Assembly: GCA_900234795.1 (NCBI GenBank) | Contig: LT962688.1 | Location: 1,860,001-1,892,000, forward strand | Direction of reading: 5' to 3' | Length of the DNA stretch: 32,000 bases | DNA from: Methylorubrum extorquens | Lineage (GTDB): Bacteria > Pseudomonadota > Alphaproteobacteria > Rhizobiales > Beijerinckiaceae | Shown: positions 14,482-22,218 of the stretch, in pieces | Layout: every line of letters begins with the position of its first letter | Position numbering within the stretch: position 1 is the first letter of the stretch | Position numbers and translations under genes: made by a program | Notes under the pieces: model-generated | The model's database searches: none | Told to the model about the DNA's origin: nothing | Seen by the model: only the letters and a program-made list of their open reading frames with translations

Positions 14482-15763
14482 ATGCCCAACGGCGCTGCCA
14501 CCGCGCACCTCTACAAGCCCAAGCTCGTCACTGTTCTGGCAGAGGGCTACGGAGTGGCAGTGCTCCGCCGCGACGTCATGGCCGGGCTGACTGTAGCCAT
14601 TGTTGCCTTGCCGCTCTCCATGGCCATCGCTGTCGCGTCTGGAGTCTCGCCGGACCGGGGGGCTCTACGCCGCCATCGTAGGCGGCTTCGTCGTCTCCGC
14701 TCTCGGCGGCAGCCGCTTCCAGATCGGCGGGCCGGCGGGAGCCTTCATCGTCCTCGTCTCGGCCACTGTTGCCCGTTTCGGCGTCGACGGCACCCTCCTC
14801 GCCGTGCTGCTCTCCGGTCTGCTGCTGACTCTCGTCGGCGCGTTTCGGCTGGGCTCGCTAATCCGGCATATCCCGCACGCGGTCACCGTCGGCTTCACGG
14901 CGGGCATCGCCTGTACGATCCTGGCCAGTCAGTTGAAGGAATTAGGCGGCCTCAAACTGGACGGCGCTGAGCCTGGACCGGTCATCCCGAAGCTCGTGGC
15001 CATCGTCCGCGCCTTGCCCACTCTCAATCCGACAGCGCTTGCCCTGGGCTGCGGCGTCGTGTTGGCGGTCTTCGCGCTGCGGCAGTGGAAGCCTTCCTTT
15101 CCTGGCATGCTCGTGTCCGTTGCCGCTGCCTCAGCCCTGGCTTGGCTAGGCGGCCTCGACGTCGCCACCGTCGGAAACAGCTTCGGCAGCCTACCGCACG
15201 GCCTGCCTATGCCCCAGTTACCGCCGATGACCCCTCAGTTACTGCGCGACGTCTTCCCGACTGCCCTAGCCTTCACGCTTCTCGGTGGTATCGAGAGCCT
15301 GCTGTCGGCCAAGGTTGCCGACAGCATGACAGACCGCGTTCATCGCTCGAACATGGAACTGATTGCCCAAGGCATCGCGAACGTCGCTTCGGCTCTGTTT
15401 GGCGGCATCAGCGTGACTGGCACAATAGCCAGAACTGCGACTAACGTGCGCGCTGGTGCGGCAAGCCCCATCGCAGGCATCCTGCACTCGGCCTTCCTCC
15501 TTCTCTTCATGCTGGTCGCAACTCCGCTCGCCGGCTTCGTACCGCTGGCGGCTCTGGCGGCTGTGCTACTGGTCGTCTCCTGGAACATGGTGGAGAAGAG
15601 CGAGTTCGTACGGCTCCTGAAGAACCGGTGCACGGCCGCGGTTCTACTCGCCACCTTTGGTCTGACTCTGCTTGAGGATCTGACCGCCGGCATCATCGCT
15701 GGCTGCGTGCTCGCCGCCGTGCTTGCGGTGATGCACCGGGGTGTGCCGGAGGAAGGCGCCTGA
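14482..15763 (+). pseudogene. SulP-family anion transporter, frameshifted in a G6 run and lacking a STAS domain
   Basis: N-terminus (LAEGYGVAVLRRDVMAGLTVAIVALPLSMAIAVASGVSPDRG) is in the frame of 14482. The continuation (GLYAAIVGGFVVSALGGSRFQIGGPAGAF...ARTATNVRAGA...) is in the frame of 14600. The switch is at GGGGGG 14657-14662. The ORF ends right after the last TM segment. Confidence 0.7.
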
Positions 15764-15869
15764 AGTTGCGCTTGCCCTGCCATGCATCAAGCCAGCACAA
15801 CGTCGTCCCACCCAAGGCAGCTCTGGTTGAGTTCATAAAAACTTCGACCGGATCTATATCTACTTAGAG

Positions 15870-16030
15870 TTAGGAACAAAACCTTTTGGCCTGTGCACGG
15901 CAGATGAGGGCGCAGGCGAGTGTGGTGAAGGCGAGATAGAGGTCGGCGCGGCGCTCGTAGCGGATGGCACGCCGTCGGAAGCAGGCCAGCCACGCCAGGG
16001 TCCGCTCCACATGCGCTGATCGTAACCCGG
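15870..16030 (-). pseudogene. IS5-family transposase C-terminal stub
   Basis: The end of ORF 15870..16427 reads VERTLAWLACFRRRAIRYERRADLYLAFTTLACALICRAQ, a typical IS5-type DDE transposase C-terminus. Nothing transposase-like lies upstream of it. Confidence 0.6.
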
Positions 16031-16150
16031 ACCGGGACTGAGTCAGAAGGCTGCCAAGCGGTGCGCGATGCGGTCTGATGGCCGTGTCCTGACCGGCTGG
16101 CTTTGGACCGGGCTGATTGAGAGGATCAGCCTGGATCAGAAGAGTTGGGA

Positions 16151-16222
16151 ATGAAGCGAGGACAGAGGCCGAGCGCGGAGCAGGTCGTGCTGATGCTGCG
16201 CCAGATCGAGGTACAGACGGCG
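16151..16222 (+). pseudogene. IS3-family orfA 5' stub (24 codons), cut by the next IS
   Basis: MKRGQRPSAEQVVLMLRQIEVQTA resembles the N-terminus of IS3 OrfA proteins. Compare MSRKRPKPEEIVAKLRQADV at 19897. It ends exactly at the IS boundary. Confidence 0.45.
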
Positions 16223-16270
16223 TGAGGGTCCCCCGGATCTTGGTCCGGCCGAAAGGTGAGCCTCCGGGTC

Positions 16271-17080
16271 TCATTCGGCGGGCTGCAGGGCCGCCGCCAG
16301 GGCGAATTCCTGGGGCGTTCGCCACCCCAGGGCGGTGTGAGGACGGCTCTCGTTGTAGTGCCGCCGCCACGTCTCGATCTTGCTCCTCGCGTCGGCCAAC
16401 GACAAGAACCAGTTCGCGTTCAGGCACTCGTCGCGCAGGCGGCCGTTGAACGACTCGACCAGTGCGTTGTCGGTCGGCTTGCCAGGGCGCGAGAAGTCCA
16501 ACGTGACACCGTTCTCGTAGGCCCAGCGGTCGAGGGCTTTCGAGACGAACTCAGGCCCGTTATCGACCTGGATCGCGCACGGTGCTTCGCGCAGCAGCGC
16601 CAAGCGGCCGACGACAGCCACGACCTGTTCGCCTTTGATGCCCTGGTCGACCTCGATCGCCAGAGCCTCGCGCGTGAACGCATCGACGACCGTCAAGGCC
16701 CGCAGCCGGCGGCCGTCGAACAGCGCGTCGGAGACGAAGTCCATCGACCAGCGTTCGTTCGGCTGGAGCGCAGTAGGCTGACGCTCACGGTGTGCCGCGC
16801 TGACGTGCCGGCGCGGTCGCTTGAGCCGCAGGCTGAGGCCCTCATCCCTGTAGAGACGGTGGACCCTCTTGTGGTTGACCCGCCAACCCTCCCGGCGCAG
16901 CAGGATGTAGATTCGGAAGTAGCCGTAGCGCACCCGGCTCTTGGCCAGATCACAGATGCGCATCCGCAGCGGTGCCTGATCGGGCTTGGTCGAGCGGTAG
17001 CGGATGCTCGACCGGCCGACGCCGAGCGCGGCGCAGCCGCGCCGCTCGCTCACCCCGTGCGCCTCCTGAACCTGGTGCAC
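16271..17080 (-). CDS. IS3-family transposase OrfB (DDE/rve), probably made as an OrfAB fusion by -1 frameshifting
   Basis: Contains WSMDFV...VDAFTRE...QVDNGPEF...SRPGKPTDNALVESFNGRLRDE. It lies in the -1 frame relative to orfA. Confidence 0.85.
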   Translation of the reverse strand: MHQVQEAHGVSERRGCAALGVGRSSIRYRSTKPDQAPLRMRICDLAKSRVRYGYFRIYILLRREGWRVNHKRVHRLYRDEGLSLRLKRPRRHVSAAHRERQPTALQPNERWSMDFVSDALFDGRRLRALTVVDAFTREALAIEVDQGIKGEQVVAVVGRLALLREAPCAIQVDNGPEFVSKALDRWAYENGVTLDFSRPGKPTDNALVESFNGRLRDECLNANWFLSLADARSKIETWRRHYNESRPHTALGWRTPQEFALAAALQPAE

Positions 17081-17103
17081 GAGCTCGCGTCGCCGAGCAG
17101 GCG

Positions 17104-17370
17104 TCAGAGCTTTTTTGCGAGCACGTCCTGCAGGATGTGCTTGTCGAGGCTCAGATCGGCAACGAGCTGCTTAAGCTTGCGGTTCTCGTCCTCAAGCTGC
17201 TTCAGCCGCCGCAGCTCGCCCGTGCCCAAGCCGCCGTAGAGCTTCTTCCAGCGGTAAAACGTCTGTTCGGAGATGCCCATCCGGCGCAGCACCTCCGCGA
17301 CCGGTGTCCCCGTCTCGGCCTGCTTCAGCGCGAAGGCGATCTGCTCCTCGGTGAACCTGCTCTTCTTCAC
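17104..17370 (-). CDS. IS3-family transposase OrfA, 88 aa
   Basis: Reads MKKSRFTEEQIAFALKQAETGTPVAEVLRRMGISEQTFYRWKKLYGG followed by a leucine zipper. The slippery A AAA AAG is at 17110-17116 (minus strand), just before the stop. Confidence 0.85.
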   Translation of the reverse strand: MKKSRFTEEQIAFALKQAETGTPVAEVLRRMGISEQTFYRWKKLYGGLGTGELRRLKQLEDENRKLKQLVADLSLDKHILQDVLAKKL

Positions 17371-17449
17371 GGCTCTGCTCCTCCCATCAGGGGCTCACAC
17401 AACCGGAAAACTCGCACTCACGCCGGACCAAAGCGATGGGGGGACGTCA

Positions 17450-17623
17450 CGGCTCGCCTGGGGCGGCGCGGAGGCCCAGGCCGAGATGGTGTCGATGGTG
17501 GGCGAGAAGGTCGTGGCCGCGATGGAGGCGGCTAACACGCTGATGACGGGCGGCTCGCACGACCAGGTCATCGCCCGCTACCGGGAGCTGGTCGCGGACA
17601 ACACGCGCCGCCTGACGGCTTAA
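17450..17623 (+). other. 3' fragment of an unidentified gene abutting the IS end
   Basis: The open frame reads ...AQAEMVSMVGEKVVAAMEAANTLMTGGSHDQVIARYRELVADNTRRLTA*. No convincing start or 5' part is present. It is adjacent to the IS boundary at 17449. Confidence 0.3.
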
Positions 17624-17647
17624 GGCTGCGGCGGGCGGAGGCAGGGC

Positions 17648-17920
17648 ATGGCCGGGTCGGTCAGGTGCCGCATCGTCGACATGCCAGACGGGCGCTTCGC
17701 CGTCATGGCGCTGCTCGCCTCCGGCAAAGTTTTCCGCCGCAAGGCGCTTGCGACCCTGGCAGAGGCCGAGGAGGCCGTGGAATGCCTGCGCGACGTCATG
17801 GCTGCGTGCGGGGCGCCGGTCATCGTGGAGGTTTCAGCCTGGTGCGGTGCACGGAGCGGGTTCCGGATCGGCCAAGCTGCCGGGGCGAACGGGGACTGGA
17901 TGTTTCTAAGGCCTGCCTAG
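17648..17920 (+). CDS. hypothetical small protein, 90 aa
   Basis: Reads MAGSVRCRIVDMPDGRFAVMALLASGKVFRRKALATLAEAEEAVECLRDVM. The pattern loosely resembles 29922..30215 (DGRLVLANGRVVAILV...FDSLEAATRWLRQHL). Confidence 0.4.
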   Translation: MAGSVRCRIVDMPDGRFAVMALLASGKVFRRKALATLAEAEEAVECLRDVMAACGAPVIVEVSAWCGARSGFRIGQAAGANGDWMFLRPA

Positions 17921-18142
17921 GATCTCGTGGAACGGGATCTCGAACAAGACCCGTTCTGCCTCGTTCGTGACCACGAAACTGTAGCCCACGGCTTGGTCTC
18001 CGGCGCGCAGCAGCTCGGCCGTCAGACCTGGTATGGCGGCGTAAGCCTCAAGGTAGGCAGCCTCGGCACTGGCGAGTTCGAGCCCGGTCTCGTCGGTCTC
18101 CAGGCGCCCGCGGGCGCACACGTCGAAGAAGAACACCGGCAT
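17906..18142 (-). CDS. DUF6894-like small protein, 78 aa
   Basis: MPVFFFDVCARGRLETDETGLELASAEAAYLEAYAAI matches the MP.(Y/F)(Y/F)F...D.eG.eL family, which I recall as DUF6894. It is a paralogue of 31554..31814. Confidence 0.6.
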   Translation of the reverse strand: MPVFFFDVCARGRLETDETGLELASAEAAYLEAYAAIPGLTAELLRAGDQAVGYSFVVTNEAERVLFEIPFHEILGRP

Positions 18143-18343
18143 GGGTCACCCGCCTTCGCGCCCCCTCGGGAGGCAACCTGCGCCGGGGCGTAAAGTCCCC
18201 TTGCGGCGGGGATTTTTGCTCGGGGCGGAGTCTCCTGCCTTTCAGGCCGGGTTGGGTATCCAACCAAGAGGGGTGCCTCAGGCGGCTGCATGAGCGCCGT
18301 GTCGGGGCAGGAAGTCGAGCTTGGAACTCAGCTTTGAAGCCTC

Positions 18344-19033
18344 TTAATTTGCGATCTCCGCCAATCGGCCCGGCTCGACGACGGTGATCCGCTCCCGGCC
18401 GAGCCGCACGATGCCTCGCTTCTGCCAAGCGCTCAGGACCCGGCTCACGGTGAAGTACGTCAGGCCGGTCATCTCGGCGAGGTCGTGCCTGGTGACCGGG
18501 GAAGCGACCTCCACGCCCACCGAACAGGTCCGCCCGACTTGGGCGGCCAGGCGCAGGAGGACGCTTGCGATCCGCGCCTCCACCGACATGGCGCTCAGTT
18601 CGGTCACCCGCTCGACCATTTCGCGGGCGCGGTCCCCGGCGGTCTTCAGGGCGTTCGCCGAGACCGCCGGGTAGCGGCGGATAAGGTCGAGGACCTGCGC
18701 CGCCCCCCAGCACAGGACGGAGGTCGGCTTGCTGGCGGTCGCCGTCGCGGGGAAGGGGAACTGCTGGAAGACGGCGACGCAGCCGACGAGCTCGCCGGGC
18801 CCCATGAACCGGAGCGTCGTCTGCTCGCCGTGCGGGTCGACCCGCGACAGCTTCACCAAACCGGTCACGACCTGGAAGAGGCGGCTGGGCGCATCACCCT
18901 GGTGGAAGAGGGCCGACCCCTCCGCGATCTGACGATGCGTGGCGATTTCCAGCAAGGCGTCGGCAGCCTCCTGGTCAAGGCCACTCAGCAGTCCTCCCGC
19001 GGCCGCCCTGATCCTTTGCGGTGCCTGGTCCAT
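18344..19033 (-). CDS. Crp/Fnr-family transcriptional regulator, 229 aa
   Basis: A cNMP-binding-like N-terminal domain (LFHQGDAPSRLFQVVTGLVKLSRVDPHGEQTTLRFMGPGELVG) is followed by the HTH RHDLAEMTGLTYFTVSRVLSAWQKRGIV. There is no N-terminal Cys cluster. Confidence 0.8.
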   Translation of the reverse strand: MDQAPQRIRAAAGGLLSGLDQEAADALLEIATHRQIAEGSALFHQGDAPSRLFQVVTGLVKLSRVDPHGEQTTLRFMGPGELVGCVAVFQQFPFPATATASKPTSVLCWGAAQVLDLIRRYPAVSANALKTAGDRAREMVERVTELSAMSVEARIASVLLRLAAQVGRTCSVGVEVASPVTRHDLAEMTGLTYFTVSRVLSAWQKRGIVRLGRERITVVEPGRLAEIAN

Positions 19034-19279
19034 CGCCCCCTACCGTCCCCGTTCCCGGAACTCCTCGACACCGCCCCTGTCGCACCGTGACGCGCAGGAA
19101 CGAACGCCGTCCGCGGCGCGCCGCTGCGAGGCTTGGCGTCGACGCCAGATCCGCCGGTCCCGGCTCGTGTGGCGCGCGGCCATCGGACGCGTCGAGCCGC
19201 CACGGAAGGCGGGCGGAGCGGCCGCCATGCCGGGTTCGACCGAGGCGCAGGCGGTAATCGGCAAGACCGTACGGCTTGT

Positions 19280-19293
19280 TTGCGCGAACGCAA
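19280..19293. promoter_or_regulatory. palindrome TTGCGCGAACGCAA (TTGCG-N4-CGCAA), a candidate Crp-family site
   Basis: Both halves are of the TTGCG type seen in the hybrid boxes, and the palindrome extends to TTTGCG/CGCAAA. It lies between the Crp gene (start 19033) and the cytochrome c start at 19415. Confidence 0.4.
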
Positions 19294-19414
19294 AGAGCAC
19301 GGCGCGCTATCGGCTACGGTGCGCGAGAGGGGCCCACCGCGGTGCGGGCATCCGCGCCACCATCAAACGCGGCGTGGGTCCGCGCCCGTAGGCTATGGTA
19401 GCCGGAGAGCGGTC

Positions 19415-19833
19415 TTGCACCTGGTCCGTGGCGTTGCTGTCGCGACTGCGCTGATGATCTTGGCTTCGCAGCCGGCGCAGGCGGAACCCCTCGCATCTCC
19501 CCCGGACACCATGGCCGAGCGCGTGCTGCCCTGCGCCCCTTGCCACGGCGCGCAGGGCGAAGGGACGCGCGACCCCTATTTTCCTCGCCTCGCAGGCAAG
19601 CCGGCGGGCTACCTGTTCAACCAGCTCGTGGCGTTCCGGAACGGCCGGCGACACTACCCGCCGATGAACTACCTCCTGGCCTACCTGCCGGAGGCCTACC
19701 TCAAGGACATGGCCGAGTACCTGGCCAGCTTGAACCCGCCCCTCCCGGCCCCGGCCGTCCCAACCGTGGGGAAGGAGGTCGTGGCGACCGGAGAGAGGCT
19801 GGTCACTCAGGGCGACGCCTCGCGCAGCATCCC
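19415..19833 (+). pseudogene. c-type cytochrome (probably dihaem), 3'-truncated by an IS
   Basis: A TTG start follows GGAGAG. The signal peptide HLVRGVAVATALMILASQPAQA is followed by CAPCHG and YFPRLAGKPAGYLFNQLVAFRNGRRHYPPM. The reading frame runs into the IS terminus at 19834 after GDASRSIP. Confidence 0.65.
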
Positions 19834-19896
19834 TGATCCGCCCCCAGCGGAGTGGTCCGCCCTTTAGTATGGCTTTCGAGCCAGGAGGACGGATCG

Positions 19897-20175
19897 ATGT
19901 CGAGGAAGCGACCCAAGCCTGAGGAGATTGTCGCGAAGCTGCGCCAAGCCGACGTGCTGATCGGTCAAGGTACGAGCGTGGCGGAGGCAATCCGGGCGAT
20001 CGGCGTGAGCGAGGTTACCTACTACCGCTGGCGTCGTGAGTTCGGCGGGCTGAAGACCGATCAGGTCCGGCGCATGAAGGACCTGGAGACGGAGAACCAG
20101 CGGCTCAGGAAGGCGATTGCAGACCTGACGCTCGACAAGCTCATCCTGCAGGAGGCGGCACGGGGAAACTTCTGA
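19897..20175 (+). CDS. IS3-family transposase OrfA, 92 aa
   Basis: ATG follows AGGAGG. Reads MSRKRPKPEEIVAKLRQADVLIGQGTSVAEAIRAIGVSEVTYYRWRREFGG followed by a leucine zipper. The slippery G GGA AAC is at 20163-20169. Confidence 0.85.
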   Translation: MSRKRPKPEEIVAKLRQADVLIGQGTSVAEAIRAIGVSEVTYYRWRREFGGLKTDQVRRMKDLETENQRLRKAIADLTLDKLILQEAARGNF

Positions 20176-20210
20176 GCCCCGCGCGCCGACGCGCCTGTGT
20201 CGAGCACATC

Positions 20211-21080
20211 ATGCTGACGATGAACGTCTCCGAGCGGCGCACCTGCCGGGCGCTCGGTCAGCATCGCTCGACGCAGCGCAAGGTGCCGCGGGGCCGGGAG
20301 GATGAGGCCGCGCTCACCGCCGACCTCGTCGCGTTGGCCGAGCGGTATGGCCGCTACGGTTACCGCAAGATCTGCGCGCTGCTGAAGGCCGCCGGCTGGT
20401 TCGTCAACGACAAGCGCGTCGAGCGGATTTGGCGGCGTGAAGGGCTGAAGGTGCCGACCCGCCAACCCAAGCGCGGGCGCCTCTGGGACAACGACGGCTC
20501 CTGCTTGCGGCTGCGGCCTGAGCGGCGCGACCACGTCTGGTCCTACGACTTCGTCGAAGCGCGCACCCACGATGGCCGGAAGGTGCGCATGCTCAACGTG
20601 ATTGACGAGTTCACCCGCGAGTGCTTGGCGATCCGGGTCGCACGCAAGCTCAAGGCAGTCGACGTGATCGACGTCTTGTCCGACCTGTTCATACTGCGCG
20701 GCGTGCCCGAGCATGTTCGCTCGGACAATGGCCCTGAGTTCGTGGCCAAGAGCGTGCAGGCTTGGATCATGGGGGTGGGCGCGAAGACGGCCTACATCGC
20801 GCCAGGATCGCCCTGGGAAAATGGCTTCGTCGAAAGCTTCAACGCACGGCTACGCGACGAACTGCTGGACGGAGAGATCTTCTATAGCTTGCGGGAGGCG
20901 CAGATCCTGATCGAGAGCTGGCGGCGGCACTACAACACCGTCCGCCCGCATGGCGCACTCGGCTATCGGCCGCCCGCGCCAGAGGTCTTCTTACCCGCGT
21001 TCACCGCTTGGCCGGCTGCGCTCACCCCACCGGCTCCGCCGGCCAAGCGACCCGTGGAGCAAAGGCCAACCGTGCACTAA
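20211..21080 (+). CDS. IS3-family transposase OrfB (rve/DDE), -1 frame
   Basis: Contains WSYDFV...IDEFTRE...RSDNGPEF...PGSPWENGFVESFNARLRDE. After a -1 slip the frame reads GKLLSPARRRACVEHIMLTMNVSERR. Confidence 0.85.
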   Translation: MLTMNVSERRTCRALGQHRSTQRKVPRGREDEAALTADLVALAERYGRYGYRKICALLKAAGWFVNDKRVERIWRREGLKVPTRQPKRGRLWDNDGSCLRLRPERRDHVWSYDFVEARTHDGRKVRMLNVIDEFTRECLAIRVARKLKAVDVIDVLSDLFILRGVPEHVRSDNGPEFVAKSVQAWIMGVGAKTAYIAPGSPWENGFVESFNARLRDELLDGEIFYSLREAQILIESWRRHYNTVRPHGALGYRPPAPEVFLPAFTAWPAALTPPAPPAKRPVEQRPTVH

Positions 21081-21114
21081 CTCTATGCCTGGACCACCCG
21101 GTGGGGGCAGATCA

Positions 21115-22211
21115 AATGTTGCCCGCTTCTCGCGGATGATCCGCCAGGATGGAGGAGTGGCCGCGAAGTCGCTGCGATAGGGACGCGAGACGGCGCCGAT
21201 TTCGGTCCAGACACGTTGAGCCAGATCGCAGGAGGCTGTGCCAACCAAATCGGTACCGCTGATCGTCACCGAGATGCGATCGGAATAGGTGAAGATCCAA
21301 TCCGACAATCCGTTCACGACACCCATCATGCGTGGCATTTCGGCCGGACCACGCGCACGAAAGTGCACATTGACGATTCCTCGATCATCCGACGGGACCT
21401 TCAATTCGGGCATGATACTGGACGCGGCCTTCGGAGCGACCGCAAGGATCACCCGATCACCTGATTTCAGCTGTGTCGTATCTTGCTCGAACACAAGACC
21501 GGCAACGTGGCTATCGTCGGAGACGAAGCGGCGGAGGCGATTGTTGTAGCGGAATACCGCACCTCTCTCCTTCAGGTACTTCAACGCCGGATCGATGAAG
21601 GCCGTCGAAAGCCCCTTGGTGGCGATGAGAGGTTTGCACGCCCGTCCGCCCGCGCCGACGGTTTCCCGCAGCACCTTCGCTGCGATGCCGGCGTCCGCAT
21701 CCCGCGGATCGATGTTGAGTGCGGCCAGAAGGACAGGGCGCCATAACCGCTCGTAGAGCAGCCCCTCGCAGGCGAGGACATCCGACACCTTCGTGCCAGG
21801 TTCAGCCGAAAGGAGACGGAGGATCGACGCGTAGTCGGCGACGTGGCTTCCCGGAACGCGTCGGCGCGAATCCAGCACCCACCACGGAACACGGCTGCGG
21901 TTGAGACGCAGCGTCCACCGTAGTCCGGCTGCGAGATCGACGAACGGAAATTCGGCCTTTTCATGTTCGACGACGGCATTGCTGCCGCCGATCCGGCTCA
22001 GGAAGGCAACCGTCGCGCGGTTACCGGAAAGGCCGAGATGATTGCCGTTGTCGATCGTCATCCCGAGCTGCAGGTCGTGATAGGATCTGCAGCGGCCACC
22101 GGCATGGCCGGCAGCCTCGTGGATGATCACCGGATATCCGGCATCGACGAGCTCGACGGCCGCGCAGAGCCCGGACAGGCCGGCGCCCACGATGTGAACG
22201 ACGTTCGACAA
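21115..22211 (-). pseudogene. hpnE: HpnE-like FAD-dependent desaturase (hydroxysqualene dehydroxylase family), 3'-truncated by IS copy A
   Basis: Contains VHIVGAGLSGLCAAVEL...EAAGHAGGRCRSYHDLQLGMTIDNGNHL...WRIIREKRATF. The IS terminus starts right after the ATF codons, so roughly the last 50-60 residues expected for the family are missing. Confidence 0.6.
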
Positions 22212-22218
22212 TGCGTCG

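Larger units (their letters stand above)
16222..17449 (-). mobile_element. intact IS3-family element (IS407-like), about 1.23 kb
   Basis: Terminal inverted repeats are TGAGGGTCCCCCGGATCTTGGTCCGGC (16223 inward) and TGACGTCCCCCCATCGCTTTGGTCCGGC (17449 inward). Both orfA and orfB are present. CGGC flanks both sides (16218-16221 and 17450-17453) if the left end is set at 16222. Confidence 0.75.
19834..21114 (+). mobile_element. IS3-family element, copy A, 1281 bp
   Basis: Ends were defined by comparison with copy B. Terminal repeats are TGATCCGCCCCCAGCGGAGTGGTCC (left) and TGATCTGCCCCCACCGGGTGGTCC (right, inward). No flanking direct repeat (ccc versus aat). Confidence 0.85.

Noticed and set aside
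16151-17623. Idea that the IS407-like element split a single small gene (MKRGQRPS...QTA joined to RLAWGGAEAQAEMVSM...)
   Set aside because: The two halves stay in frame only if no target duplication is removed. With the plausible 4-bp CGGC duplication removed, the frame changes. The two halves also resemble unrelated protein types.
18196-18217. TCCCC-N7-GGGGA followed by TTTTT downstream of the Crp gene
   Set aside because: The stem is only 5 bp, and the T-run is on the strand opposite to the nearest upstream gene end. It is too weak to annotate.
20061-20714. 217-aa antisense ORF inside the IS3 copies (also 28177..28830), plus the 75-aa and 65-aa ORFs
   Set aside because: They are shadow ORFs opposite the transposase gene. 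They were used only as evidence that the two IS copies are identical.
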